A DNA stretch of 64,000 bases from a virus: the IMG/VR virus record IMGVR_UViG_3300027736_002225, one strand, 5' to 3'. The translations under genes and the position numbers were made by a program. A model generated the notes under the pieces. The model did not search any database. It had not been told where the DNA came from and worked only from the letters and a program-made list of their open reading frames with translations. Positions 31,597-42,300 of the stretch are shown here, piece after piece (position 1 is the stretch's first letter; the number at the start of each line of letters is the position of its first letter).

Positions 31597-33372
31597 TTAC
31601 AGATATCCAAGTATAGAATATATTGCATCTGTAGTTACTGATAAATTAGTAACTCTACTATTTGTATATGCTGTCATATCAGCGTAAAATGGGTATAGAT
31701 TACTATCAGTAGTCAAACTAAAATAATCCCAAATTTCCGCATTTCCAGAAGTTTCTAGATTACCTGATATATTATTATTAATTAATATCTCGCCAAAAAC
31801 TTCTGTTCCTGCAGGATGAACTGTGGCGGATGCAATATTTTTCCAATTATCAACAGTAACGTCGCTTTGGACAACATAAGAATATGGTTGATAATATATT
31901 TTATTTTTATCTGGACTATTTAAAGCTGGACCTTGAATATAATTTAATTCTGAAAGTTTGCCTTTATTTGTAGACCAATATCCTGAAGATTCTTTAACAA
32001 TTCCTAATTTTGGAGATATAACTGCTTTTTCTGTATATTTTAATATTGCAGATAAACTTGTATTATTTGATCCTGGAGATATTGCAAATCTAAATCTTTT
32101 ATCGTCAAGAACTGTTGAAATTGAAATTGTGTTTTCACAATTATTTAAATAACTAGAAGTATTTCCATATCCAATAATATTTGCAAATTTTCCTTTTATC
32201 AATCCATGAGAATTGTCCGAAGTGAAAGTACCAATATTTTGAGAAATTGTAACATTACCAGTAATATATGTTGCAGGATAATCTATTTCAGAACTTATAA
32301 CACTGCCAACATTATATTGAACTAACGGAGTATTAATATAAACTGAAGGTTCTACAATTGTTATATTTTTAATCTTGCCAGTACTAGTTAATTCTGTAAT
32401 TTTTGCGTAAACGCCCGATATAATTATATTACTATTTGCATTGTATCCTAACGCACCTTCTATAACATCTATATTAGTTAATATAGGAATAGAAGTAACT
32501 TGTATTGTAGAATATACGTTTGGCGCAGTAATTAATTTTCTAGAAACAATATTTTCTTTAACAAAAGTACCTTTAATTTTTGACAAATATAATTCATAGA
32601 TATCGGTATTTTTTATTCTTAATTTTAATACGTTTTCTACAACCGCAGTTGCTCCGGATGTTTGTCCTACAATTTTTGTATTAATTAAATCAAAAGGATT
32701 TCCTGTAGAACTAGCAATTACTCTAATAGTATAATCTTTAATCCAAAGACCATCAGATGTTTTCAATATAACATCTTTAGGATATTTAAATGTTGCTTCG
32801 GTATTAAATAATACCCTAAATAGTAATTTATATGCTTCTTCTGTGCCTTTTGTTTTGTAAATATCTTTAAAATGTTTGACAAAAGTTCTCTTATCTGCAA
32901 CAATATTTCTTGGTAAATCATCGCCATAATTTACAAAAAAGTTTTCAATTAATGAATCAATAGTATAATCAATGTCCGCATATAATCTTGAATTTTGTAA
33001 TAGTTCTTGAGGATGTTGATCTTTTTCTAAAAATTTATAATATGCCTCTAAAAATTTTACAAAATTTGAAGTAGTATCCGTTCTTACAAATTTTGCATAT
33101 ACATTACTTATTGTGACATTTATATTATCACTAACTTCTACCGATGAAGAAGATAATACTTTAGTTACAAAAACTGTATTTGTAATTGCGGGATATACTA
33201 ATTTATCGCCAGCAACAATATCTGCAGTAGATCCAACTTTTACAATTCTTGGGTAACTACTAGAATTTGCAGATATTATTTGTCTATTTTCAGCAACTGA
33301 TTCACCTACCCGAATAAACTCGGGTATTTGTGCAGCAAATATTGAAGATAATTTTTCTTTTATTCTACTCAT
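31597..33372 (-). CDS. Baseplate wedge gp7-like protein
   Basis: FVKFLEAYYKFL, YKTKGTEEAYKLLFR, YYQPYSYVV, VHPAGTEVFG motifs. Confidence 0.75.
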   Translation of the reverse strand: MSRIKEKLSSIFAAQIPEFIRVGESVAENRQIISANSSSYPRIVKVGSTADIVAGDKLVYPAITNTVFVTKVLSSSSVEVSDNINVTISNVYAKFVRTDTTSNFVKFLEAYYKFLEKDQHPQELLQNSRLYADIDYTIDSLIENFFVNYGDDLPRNIVADKRTFVKHFKDIYKTKGTEEAYKLLFRVLFNTEATFKYPKDVILKTSDGLWIKDYTIRVIASSTGNPFDLINTKIVGQTSGATAVVENVLKLRIKNTDIYELYLSKIKGTFVKENIVSRKLITAPNVYSTIQVTSIPILTNIDVIEGALGYNANSNIIISGVYAKITELTSTGKIKNITIVEPSVYINTPLVQYNVGSVISSEIDYPATYITGNVTISQNIGTFTSDNSHGLIKGKFANIIGYGNTSSYLNNCENTISISTVLDDKRFRFAISPGSNNTSLSAILKYTEKAVISPKLGIVKESSGYWSTNKGKLSELNYIQGPALNSPDKNKIYYQPYSYVVQSDVTVDNWKNIASATVHPAGTEVFGEILINNNISGNLETSGNAEIWDYFSLTTDSNLYPFYADMTAYTNSRVTNLSVTTDAIYSILGYL

Positions 33373-35234
33373 GCTGCAATTACATTAACTGTAAGTCCCG
33401 GTACTCTATTTCCAGTACTATTAAGTGTACTATCATCCAATAATAAAATTTGATTTCTATTAACAGTAATATCAAGATACGCATCCTGTACTTCAGCATT
33501 TATTCGTATATCAATAATATCAGAAACATATCCAGTATAATATAAATTGTAAATTTCTACCACACCTGTACCATAATCAATAACACCATACATATCATTT
33601 AAAACTACCCCAGTATCAGCATCTATTAATTTAATAGTACCTGTTCCTAAATTATTTGGAAAAGAATCATTTGGATAATCTTTTAATGTTGCATTCTTAG
33701 AATTACCTTGATATGAAACTATAAAATTGGTGCTGGTTACTGTTCCGGGTTTTAGTCCGTTTTTAAAATTTATAGTATTTGCGCTTATATAATTGTTTAT
33801 AGAATTTGCAACTGGTTCAATTCTTCTTTGCAATTTAACCGTCATTAAATTTCCAATAATATAATCATCTATACTGTCAATATTCTTTGATAATTTGGAG
33901 AATACAAAGTCTTTATCAAATTGCTGTAAATTATTGTAGAAATAATTATTAACTTCCGTTATAACAAAATTATTAATTTCTGTGGCAGATAAAGTACTCT
34001 TTGCAGAATCATACCTAACTTTAATTGATAAATTCACATAAAAATATTCAGGGTCAATAAATTCTGGAGCAATTCCTAATACTTGTTTGCTTTGTAATAT
34101 TACTTTTGAAATATTATTTTTTGTATCTTGATTTACCTCGTACCCATCGTATGGTTTTAATGAAATAATAACCTTGCCATATTTTGGTGGATCATTATTT
34201 TCGCCACCCCATACAGCAATTGATTCTACCAAAGGAAAATCTTTTTCTATTAATGCCTTATAATCTGCATCTGTAACTGCTCTATTTTGCGATGCTGAAA
34301 ATTTTGGAGCTCTGAATTTTATGCTCTCAATACTTTCTTTTGCCTTGCCGCCTCTAGAATTTGTTGTTGCAGTAACTGCACCCAATACTGAACCGCCTCC
34401 AATAGTTGTAGCGCACGTGAACGATTGTGAAATTGTTCCAGCAACATTGCCAACGGTGCCGCTAGTAATTAAATAATTAATAATAATTAAATTATTTCTA
34501 GTTAATTTTTTACCTACTACTCCGTCGCCAAAATAAATTTGAAATCTTCCAATTGCAGTTTCCTCAAGAAAAAAAACTTCCGAGGTATCTGTTACACCCA
34601 GGGTATCTTCCGCAAGCGTGTAAATTGTTTGCGCAGTATCTGTAAATGAATTCTGAACAATTACTTGCATGGTTGATGTATCAATATCATCATTTGGTAT
34701 AACATATTTTTCCGACGGGCCCGCAACATCTACGGTATAAGTATATTGAATTGGTATACCTTCAACTAATTCTATATTATTAAAAGTGTATATTCCGGCA
34801 CTTGGTTGAATTGTTACAGAGTTGAGATTTACAAATGTAAATGTTGCATTGTCAATTGTTGTGGTGAACGGAGTATATTTTTCCAAAGTTAAAAAATTTG
34901 GAGAATTTGTTGGATCAGTTACAGTAAATGTTAATGTTGCCCTTGCGCCCCTTGCAGAAACAGGAGTATATCCTAGGTGTTTCGCAATAGATACTGCCGA
35001 TGATCTTTTCACTGCAGAATCCAAGAACATATCATTAATGACCATGCTGGCCAAATACGCATTATAATGAGTATTGTACGATAAAAGATCTAGTAAGATT
35101 GATAGACCAGAACCTTCAAAATCAAAATCGGTAAAGTATGGCGCACCATCATCGGCGGTATAATTCTTTAAAAATTCTTTTAGATTTGTTTTTATTGTAT
35201 CAAAATCTAACTCTGCGATTCTTAAATTTGCCAT
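33369..35234 (-). CDS. gp6: Baseplate wedge gp6
   Basis: LDFDTIK, DFDFEGSGL, QNRAVT, WGGE motifs. Confidence 0.93.
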   Translation of the reverse strand: MANLRIAELDFDTIKTNLKEFLKNYTADDGAPYFTDFDFEGSGLSILLDLLSYNTHYNAYLASMVINDMFLDSAVKRSSAVSIAKHLGYTPVSARGARATLTFTVTDPTNSPNFLTLEKYTPFTTTIDNATFTFVNLNSVTIQPSAGIYTFNNIELVEGIPIQYTYTVDVAGPSEKYVIPNDDIDTSTMQVIVQNSFTDTAQTIYTLAEDTLGVTDTSEVFFLEETAIGRFQIYFGDGVVGKKLTRNNLIIINYLITSGTVGNVAGTISQSFTCATTIGGGSVLGAVTATTNSRGGKAKESIESIKFRAPKFSASQNRAVTDADYKALIEKDFPLVESIAVWGGENNDPPKYGKVIISLKPYDGYEVNQDTKNNISKVILQSKQVLGIAPEFIDPEYFYVNLSIKVRYDSAKSTLSATEINNFVITEVNNYFYNNLQQFDKDFVFSKLSKNIDSIDDYIIGNLMTVKLQRRIEPVANSINNYISANTINFKNGLKPGTVTSTNFIVSYQGNSKNATLKDYPNDSFPNNLGTGTIKLIDADTGVVLNDMYGVIDYGTGVVEIYNLYYTGYVSDIIDIRINAEVQDAYLDITVNRNQILLLDDSTLNSTGNRVPGLTVNVIAA

Positions 35235-35635
35235 TATCTTACTCTATTAAGTGTTGTTGTTACTGTTACTGGATCCGAAACATTATTAATAGTAAAAGAT
35301 ATTTCTATACCAACTTCATTGCTATCGTAATTGTCTACGATAATAACATCAGTTACAGTTGCTCTTGGTTCAAACTTTGAAATTGTATCTTTTATAGATT
35401 TTTGCAATGCAGAAGTAGTACTAGGGCCTGCATTTTCAAATAATAAATTGCTAACTTGACTGCCTATTTCAGGATGAAACGGTCGTTCATAATTCTTTGT
35501 TAGTATCAGATTTTGTATAGACGTTTTGACGGCGTCTATGTTCTTTAGAACTAGAACGTCCTTTGTGTACGGATGTGGATTAAAAATTAGATTTAAATCC
35601 GTAAACCGTCTAACGCCTTTATTAATGGTGGCCAT
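35234..35635 (-). CDS. gp25: Baseplate wedge gp25
   Basis: ERPFHPEIGS, FEPRA motifs. Confidence 0.92.
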   Translation of the reverse strand: MATINKGVRRFTDLNLIFNPHPYTKDVLVLKNIDAVKTSIQNLILTKNYERPFHPEIGSQVSNLLFENAGPSTTSALQKSIKDTISKFEPRATVTDVIIVDNYDSNEVGIEISFTINNVSDPVTVTTTLNRVR

Positions 35636-35693
35636 TTTAATATTTATTAAGAATTCGTTTTTCTAGATACATTAAATTATAAATAATACCCTT

Positions 35694-35701
35694 TATTTAT
35701 A
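35694..35701 (-). promoter_or_regulatory. Late promoter TATAAATA (gp25/gp6)
   Basis: Exact consensus overlapping the gp5 stop. Confidence 0.6.
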
Positions 35702-37601
35702 GTAACTTTACAAACAGATTTTTGGCTCCGGGCGACGCAGTACTGTGATTAAACATTGTACCATATGGCATTGCGGATTTTGAACCATCTTGGGCGGATG
35801 CAATATGAATCCAAGAAATTGTTCCAGAAGGTCTTGTTGCGTATTCTAACAGAATCTGTTTAAACGGCAAGTTATCTGCTATCCATTTTGCAATAGTATA
35901 ATATTCTGAAAAAGAATGTCCGGGGAATTGTAAATCTACAGCACATCCCTTATTATGATTTGACCCCTTACCTACCCTAAATCCGCTGGTAATTACAACA
36001 TCCGAATAGTTTTCAAATATTGGATCTAACATATTTACCGCCAAATGCTTTAGATTTCCAACAATGTCTGCTTCAGATAAACCTTCTTGGGCCTGCACCT
36101 CAAAAGATGTTGCCGTTGGTTTTGTAGTTAAATCTCCCAAAGTATAATATTTTGATAATTGTAAAGAACGTGGGAATTTTGCAAATTTCTTAAATTCTGA
36201 GGTATCTACTGATTTTGGAGCAATACTTCTTGTAGCAGTACTACTTTCTCCTTGAGTTAATTCTAAATCTGGATTAATTTCTCCGGCAGTTATTCTTTCT
36301 TTTGATAGTGCGTCTGCATCCGGTTCTAAACTATCTCCTAAGAAAATACTTCCAGGAGCATCTGGACGTATTAAATCGCCCGCATCCGCATCCGCAGAAT
36401 ATACTGTAACTTCTGAAGGAGTAGGATATACTGGTAATTTTGTCCCAGCAATTGAAATTGATCCGCCGTGAGTAGTAATTGATGTAGCATCAATTTGTGC
36501 AAGTAACCCACCTTTAAAACTAGCAGTAGATGAACTGCCGGATTGTAGTGCAAGATCCCCGCTAGATTTTGCCGAGAATGTTCCATCTTTTGCATTAATA
36601 GCAATGCTACTTCCTTGTATATTTACCGGGCCATTACTGGTTAATTGTAAACTAGATTTTCCAGAAACAATTATATCTTCTGCTATTACTTGTACTGTTT
36701 TTGCCGATTGCACCAAAGTGGATCCGTGTCCGGTAACATTCAATGCCCCGTTAACTTCAATATCTGCATCATTTTCAATTAATATTTTCGTTGCGCCGCC
36801 AACAGTTAAATTATACGCGCCTTTAACATAAACATATCCATTTCTGTCGCAAACTTCGTAGTTATCACCAACTACTTTTTTAACCATTGTGCCGTTTATA
36901 TCAATTTCTATATAGGTGCCTTTTTTATGATAAACGTGTATGCGTTCCGCATTAGGTGTATTGTCAAATTCAACCACATGGCCAGCTTCAGTTTCTATTA
37001 CCTGATTACTAGGATATCTTGCATTGTAAGCAGGAGTTGGTTCGCTCCAAGTAGAACTTGAACTTGCTTTTTTTATAGATGTTTTTCTGTTTTTAGATTT
37101 AACTGAAAAATATGCATGAGTTTTATCTGTTACTGCTAGTTTATTTGTATCTGGCTTTCCGTCGTAATCTTTCTTAGGATAAACTCGATTAGGATCAATA
37201 AATCCCTGTTGCTGAGATAAAATAGAACTATTTAATGGGCCCGCAGGATCAAAATTTGGATTACTTATGTTGGGGCCTTCGTTTGTATTTGGCTCAGGCG
37301 CACCTGTTATAGTGCCCATCATTATAGGTTGTTGTTTTTCCTCCCCGTCCAAAAACCAACCAACGACCCAAGTACCTTCAACTGGTCCTATAGGTGTAAT
37401 ACCTATACCTGATGTACTTGCAGATGTTATAGGCGTCATTGCCAATGCCCATGGTAAATCTCTGGTAGGCAATATTGTTACATCTTCAGGATGATAACCA
37501 ACAATCCTAACTCGGCATCTACCTAATTTTTCTGGATCATTTCTATCTTCAACTACTCCAAACCACCAGATGAAGTTTGGATTTCCGTACATATGTTGCA
37601 T
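35697..37601 (-). CDS. gp5: Baseplate hub/spike gp5 with C-terminal M15A-like Zn peptidase domain
   Basis: N-terminal GVVEDRNDPEKLGRCRVR OB fold; GHVVEFDNTPNAERI; C-terminal SGFR, HNKGCAVD, WIH. Confidence 0.88.
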   Translation of the reverse strand: MQHMYGNPNFIWWFGVVEDRNDPEKLGRCRVRIVGYHPEDVTILPTRDLPWALAMTPITSASTSGIGITPIGPVEGTWVVGWFLDGEEKQQPIMMGTITGAPEPNTNEGPNISNPNFDPAGPLNSSILSQQQGFIDPNRVYPKKDYDGKPDTNKLAVTDKTHAYFSVKSKNRKTSIKKASSSSTWSEPTPAYNARYPSNQVIETEAGHVVEFDNTPNAERIHVYHKKGTYIEIDINGTMVKKVVGDNYEVCDRNGYVYVKGAYNLTVGGATKILIENDADIEVNGALNVTGHGSTLVQSAKTVQVIAEDIIVSGKSSLQLTSNGPVNIQGSSIAINAKDGTFSAKSSGDLALQSGSSSTASFKGGLLAQIDATSITTHGGSISIAGTKLPVYPTPSEVTVYSADADAGDLIRPDAPGSIFLGDSLEPDADALSKERITAGEINPDLELTQGESSTATRSIAPKSVDTSEFKKFAKFPRSLQLSKYYTLGDLTTKPTATSFEVQAQEGLSEADIVGNLKHLAVNMLDPIFENYSDVVITSGFRVGKGSNHNKGCAVDLQFPGHSFSEYYTIAKWIADNLPFKQILLEYATRPSGTISWIHIASAQDGSKSAMPYGTMFNHSTASPGAKNLFVKLL

Positions 37602-37602
37602 A

Positions 37603-38958
37603 TTAAATATAATCCCAATTAATTTCTGTAGGTTGCGAATCTCGAATAACTTCCATCGTAATCATATGTTTTGCGATATTAATCTTGTGATGAATTGATG
37701 TTATTAAATAACTACCTGAGTATTTTTGATCCAAGTGAGACTGGCTTATCTCTGCTTCTCCTGCAGGAGAAACATCAGGAAAATCTATGGATATTATTCT
37801 TCCTGCTTCTACATCGGTTCTACCATATATTGTTATATTTAATTTTAATGAATTTAAATCTAACATATTAGATAAACGATTACCATAGATGTCATTCATT
37901 TTTTCAGAATAATTATTATTAATATAATTATGTATTCCTGGATTTACAGGATACACCCTTACATGACTATCAAAATTTCGTATTACAGTAGTCTCATTAA
38001 ATATTGGTTTTGGATTAAATTTTATTGCATGATTATACTTGCGAAATTCTGAAACATGGTCGTAGTAAGTATTATTTCTTTTCTTATGTATTAAATCAAC
38101 ACCTATAAATTTACTGGCAAAATATCCATTATCCAAGTTTGAAAGATAATCAAATCCATTAACAATATCAATAGATTGTATTAATCCCATTTTTTCCGAT
38201 ATGTCGTCGGTTCCTCGCATAACACTTGTTGCAGAATACTTATAATTTCCTATTGTATTTTGTGCATCAAATAGGCTTTCTATACTACCAAAATAGAAAG
38301 ATTTGTTTGTTTCCCAGAATAAAAAATTACATGATTTGCCTGATTTTGGTATTGATTTTTTAGACAACCAGTTTATACAATCAAATGGAGTCCATCCTGG
38401 ACTAACAAATTTAACATTATTTTCTGTTTCCGAAAAAATAACAACGGGGGTTTTATTTAAACCGGGTACAATTGCTCCGGATAGATTACCATTTTCAAAT
38501 ACTAAATTTCTAACAGTTAATAAATTCTCTGCAAATATTTTTTCTACAAGTGTACTAATATCTCCGGAAAAAGCATTGTACATAGGAGATAAAGAATCTA
38601 TTATTCCCTCTTGAGATACAAATTTTAATTTGTAAAGTTGTGTATTTTGGTCTCTTATTATCTGTCTATCTTCTACAGAAGTTATCTTAAAAGTTTTATG
38701 TATCCTTGAGTCAAATCCCGGAGTAGTTAAGTTTACTATAAGATATTCGTCCCCAATAATAGGTATGCTTTTTATTAAGTTTCTGCTATCAGAAATTACA
38801 ATATCGCCTGATAAAATATTATTAAAAATACTTTCAAAAATATTTAATTCAACAAGATAATCCAATAACGATATGTATGTATTATTAGATACAAGGATTA
38901 GTTGATCTATAGATACTTCGCCTGGCGATTGAATCGCATTCTGTACAGACTGTGTCAT
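37603..38958 (-). CDS. Baseplate hub protein (gp27-like position)
   Basis: LNIFESIF, FLFWET, YSGSYLITSIHH; between gp53 and gp5. Confidence 0.65.
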   Translation of the reverse strand: MTQSVQNAIQSPGEVSIDQLILVSNNTYISLLDYLVELNIFESIFNNILSGDIVISDSRNLIKSIPIIGDEYLIVNLTTPGFDSRIHKTFKITSVEDRQIIRDQNTQLYKLKFVSQEGIIDSLSPMYNAFSGDISTLVEKIFAENLLTVRNLVFENGNLSGAIVPGLNKTPVVIFSETENNVKFVSPGWTPFDCINWLSKKSIPKSGKSCNFLFWETNKSFYFGSIESLFDAQNTIGNYKYSATSVMRGTDDISEKMGLIQSIDIVNGFDYLSNLDNGYFASKFIGVDLIHKKRNNTYYDHVSEFRKYNHAIKFNPKPIFNETTVIRNFDSHVRVYPVNPGIHNYINNNYSEKMNDIYGNRLSNMLDLNSLKLNITIYGRTDVEAGRIISIDFPDVSPAGEAEISQSHLDQKYSGSYLITSIHHKINIAKHMITMEVIRDSQPTEINWDYI

Positions 38959-39551
38959 TGAGTAATTAATTCAGTAAAATTTGCATCTATAGAAGATACT
39001 ATTTCCGGTTTTAAAATATTGATTTGTCGTCTTTTCTCATTTAGTGCATCTTCATACATAAAGTTTGTCACTGGATATAATGATCCTGATGGAAAATTTT
39101 GTAGAACTAAATTAACCTGTATATTCTGATTCGTTTGTTCCAATTCAACCGATCCCGGATTTATAAAGGTTGAATCTTCTCGCATTGCTCGGTATCCATT
39201 AACAACATACCCTTCCATATTTACATAATGGTGCAATTTATTAATATTTGATGCGCCGTATTTTCCATTACAGTATTTAATTAAATCATTGTAACTTAGA
39301 TGCCAATCAAATCTAGGATCTATAATATTATTTGTTAACAAAATAACCCAGTGTAGTTCAGTATCACCATACCAATAATCTGCAACAATTTCTGGAGTCT
39401 CTCCATCTTTTATTGAATATTGTTCAAAGAATGCATCATTTTTTACTAATTCATTAGATAATGTTATTCTTCTTAAAATATCAGGAATAGTTTGCCTAGT
39501 TTTTCCATTATCTAATGTGTATTGTGTTAACGGGAATTTTTCAAAGAACAT
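38955..39551 (-). CDS. gp53: Baseplate wedge gp53
   Basis: DGETPEIVADYWYG, HWVILLTN, NEKRRQINILKP motifs. Confidence 0.88.
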   Translation of the reverse strand: MFFEKFPLTQYTLDNGKTRQTIPDILRRITLSNELVKNDAFFEQYSIKDGETPEIVADYWYGDTELHWVILLTNNIIDPRFDWHLSYNDLIKYCNGKYGASNINKLHHYVNMEGYVVNGYRAMREDSTFINPGSVELEQTNQNIQVNLVLQNFPSGSLYPVTNFMYEDALNEKRRQINILKPEIVSSIDANFTELITQ

Positions 39552-40625
39552 TTAGTATCCTTCTGCTATTATTGAGTCTTTTGTAACTAATTCTAATTCT
39601 CTAAAACTTAATGTAAGATTTATCTCAGAAGGAGCACCATTGTCAAAAGATGCAAATTGTTCTCCACCATAATCAACAGTCATATCAGTTAATGCACAAC
39701 TCGCAATTTTATTAAAATATCCATTTACTTTATCATTGTAAATATATTCTATAGAAAATTCAGAGGGGTAGATATAAAAATAACCGCCATCTGATAATTC
39801 AGGATGCATATGTTCTTTAAACAATTGTATTATTTCTTTAACCTGTTTAGATTCGCCCTCACTCTTGGGCATAAATTTATATCTAAAATTAAATTTTCTA
39901 TAATCAACCCCTTCAAAGAATACTTCTCTAAAAGGATTAGTTTTTACTTTCGCACCTAATTGAACAATATCTCCTAAAGATGCATTTCCAAATCCAGGAA
40001 GAATTGAAGGAATTTTTGCAAATTCTAAACCAATTGATTGGGCAATTTCTCCTCCGGCGTTGCTGCCGATTGTATCCGATATGGAGGTTTTTCCTGTTAG
40101 GAATCCGCCAAGTATTCCCATATCTTTATCTTGATAATTTACACCGTAACTAACTGTAGGTCTTTCCTGCATTGCCAATGTAATAACGCTTTTTAATCTA
40201 GCTTTGCGATCATCTGTAAGACCCGAAATTGCGGACTTTGCAGTTTCGAAACCAACAATTCCAGCTGGAATTCCCGCTGCCATCGTCAACGCCAATGCTC
40301 TGCCCGCTTTGAATGATGCAGATCCTCCAACATTAGGAATAATGCCTTTAACCGAACTTGCGACTGCACCGCCAACAACCAATCCAATCGCCGCAGCGGC
40401 TGCAGTCTTCGCACCGCTATTACTATTATCTCTTCTAGTATATGCGTCAGTATTTGATATTTCCCCGGTAGTTTGATATCTTCCAGTTTTCTTAAATTTT
40501 GATTTGCCTCGAACAGCAATAAAAAATTGAACGTAATGTAATAGATCCTTATTTACCCCTACCCCGTCAGGATAATGATATCCTACCACATCATATTTTC
40601 CTTGCCCTCTAATGTTTGGTTCCAT
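39552..40625 (-). CDS. gp48: Baseplate tail-tube cap gp48
   Basis: NPFREVFFEGVDYRKFNF, YPSEF, LSFRELE motifs. Confidence 0.85.
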   Translation of the reverse strand: MEPNIRGQGKYDVVGYHYPDGVGVNKDLLHYVQFFIAVRGKSKFKKTGRYQTTGEISNTDAYTRRDNSNSGAKTAAAAAIGLVVGGAVASSVKGIIPNVGGSASFKAGRALALTMAAGIPAGIVGFETAKSAISGLTDDRKARLKSVITLAMQERPTVSYGVNYQDKDMGILGGFLTGKTSISDTIGSNAGGEIAQSIGLEFAKIPSILPGFGNASLGDIVQLGAKVKTNPFREVFFEGVDYRKFNFRYKFMPKSEGESKQVKEIIQLFKEHMHPELSDGGYFYIYPSEFSIEYIYNDKVNGYFNKIASCALTDMTVDYGGEQFASFDNGAPSEINLTLSFRELELVTKDSIIAEGY

Positions 40626-40633
40626 TTTTTTCC

Positions 40634-40662
40634 TATAAATATATAGTTATTAATTATTTATA
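40634..40662. promoter_or_regulatory. Pair of oppositely oriented late promoters (TATAAATA on + at 40634-40641; on - at 40655-40662)
   Basis: Both exact consensus in the 43-bp gap between divergent gp48 and gp4. Confidence 0.75.
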
Positions 40663-40668
40663 TAAGTT

Positions 40669-41118
40669 ATGTACACCAAAACCTATAAGGGCAAGTATCG
40701 AGTGACAAATGCTGCAAAGTATATGGGAGATATTACTAATATTGTATATCGGTCCTTATGGGAACTCCGATTCATGAAATGGTGCGATTCCAATGCATCG
40801 GTGGTAGAATGGGGGTCAGAAACAGTCGTTGTACCGTATATTTCCCCAATTGACAATAAAGTTCATAGATATTTTGTGGATTTCTACATAAAAGTGAAAA
40901 CAAATTCAAATGGGGTTGAAAAATATTTAGTTGAGATAAAACCGGAAAGATTTACTAAACCGCCAACAATTCCAGAAAGAAAAACCAAAAGATTTATAGA
41001 TGAGGTATTTCAGTATGGGGTAAACGATGCAAAATGGAAAGCAGCATTTGAATTCTGTAAAGATCGCAGTATGAAATTTATTATTCTAACCGAAAAAGAT
41101 TTAGGAATAAAGAATTAA
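40669..41118 (+). CDS. gp4: Head completion protein gp4 (TnsA-like nuclease fold)
   Basis: YRSLWE, HRYFVDF, EIKP, NDAKWKAA motifs. Confidence 0.92.
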   Translation: MYTKTYKGKYRVTNAAKYMGDITNIVYRSLWELRFMKWCDSNASVVEWGSETVVVPYISPIDNKVHRYFVDFYIKVKTNSNGVEKYLVEIKPERFTKPPTIPERKTKRFIDEVFQYGVNDAKWKAAFEFCKDRSMKFIILTEKDLGIKN

Positions 41119-41697
41119 ATGGTAAATAAGAATCCTTTTGAGACCATCAGAATTAATGCTGCCGGTCAAGAAAAATCATACCAATGGTATAAGCAACAAG
41201 TTTCAAATCTTGGTAAAATAAGTTCAGTAAATGAGGTTTTAAAAGATACCCCATTAGTTTCGAGCATACTGCCCGGAGAAATGTACTTATTTTACTACGA
41301 TCCAAAGCATAAAGATACATTGCCATATTACGATAGATTGCCTTTAGTATTGCCTTTTAGAAAAGTTCCCGGTGGATTCTACGGTATCAATCTGCACTAT
41401 TTGCCCTATATGATGCGTTTTAAGATTTTACAATTATTGTCAGATTATACTGTAAATAATAATGGAGATACTAGAATAAGATTGTCATGGAAATTGTTAG
41501 AATCAACATCTAGATTGGGGCCTGCAAAATTCGCAGTTAAACATTATTTGAATTCTCAGATTAGATCTAGATTTTATAAAATACAATATAATGATTGGAT
41601 TACCGCATCGCAATTGCCTGTAGAAAAATTTGTAGGCGAACAGAAAACAACTGTCTGGCGCGAAGCACAAAAAGATGCATTAAAGTATCTATACTAA
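41119..41697 (+). CDS. gp2: DNA end protector gp2
   Basis: YDPKHKDTLPYYDRLPL, GINLHYLP motifs. Confidence 0.92.
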   Translation: MVNKNPFETIRINAAGQEKSYQWYKQQVSNLGKISSVNEVLKDTPLVSSILPGEMYLFYYDPKHKDTLPYYDRLPLVLPFRKVPGGFYGINLHYLPYMMRFKILQLLSDYTVNNNGDTRIRLSWKLLESTSRLGPAKFAVKHYLNSQIRSRFYKIQYNDWITASQLPVEKFVGEQKTTVWREAQKDALKYLY

Positions 41698-41705
41698 GGA
41701 TTAGA

Positions 41706-42284
41706 ATGAAATCTGCGTTCAACTTATCAAATTTTATCTCTGAAATAAGAGGTCGAGGACTATCTAAACCAAATAAATTTGAGGTTTGGTTTTCCCGTAC
41801 GAATAGTGATTCTAAACTAGTAAGTTTATTTTGCGAAATATCAAATCTTCCAGGAATTAATATTAACACAAAAGGTCTTAGAATTTATGGCCCAGCATAC
41901 CAAAAACCAGTATCTACAGAATTTGGTGGCGAGGCAATAACTATGACATTTTATGTAGATGCAAACTTTAATGTTAAAAAATATTTTGACGATTGGGTAT
42001 TTAAGGTTGTAAATCCAAATTCTTTTAATGTCCAGTATCAAGAAGATTATACTTCAGATATCTTAATTAAACAACTAAACGAAAAAAATGAAATAATATA
42101 TGATGTTACATTAATAGACGCATTTCCTAGAGCTGTTAATATGATGGACTTAAACATGGGCGCGAATAACCAAGCGCATAAACTAAACGTAACATTTAGT
42201 TACAGGAAATGGGTAACAACTGGGTCTAATAATTTTGCCCCTACAATAAAAGATCCTGTAAAAGCAATCGGGACAATAATTTAA
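41706..42284 (+). CDS. Baseplate tail-tube initiator, gp54-like
   Basis: GLSKPNKFEV, DAFP, VTFSYRKW (tube-like fold); ATG at 41706 after AGGA RBS. Confidence 0.75.
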   Translation: MKSAFNLSNFISEIRGRGLSKPNKFEVWFSRTNSDSKLVSLFCEISNLPGININTKGLRIYGPAYQKPVSTEFGGEAITMTFYVDANFNVKKYFDDWVFKVVNPNSFNVQYQEDYTSDILIKQLNEKNEIIYDVTLIDAFPRAVNMMDLNMGANNQAHKLNVTFSYRKWVTTGSNNFAPTIKDPVKAIGTII

Positions 42285-42300
42285 TTATAAAGGATATATT

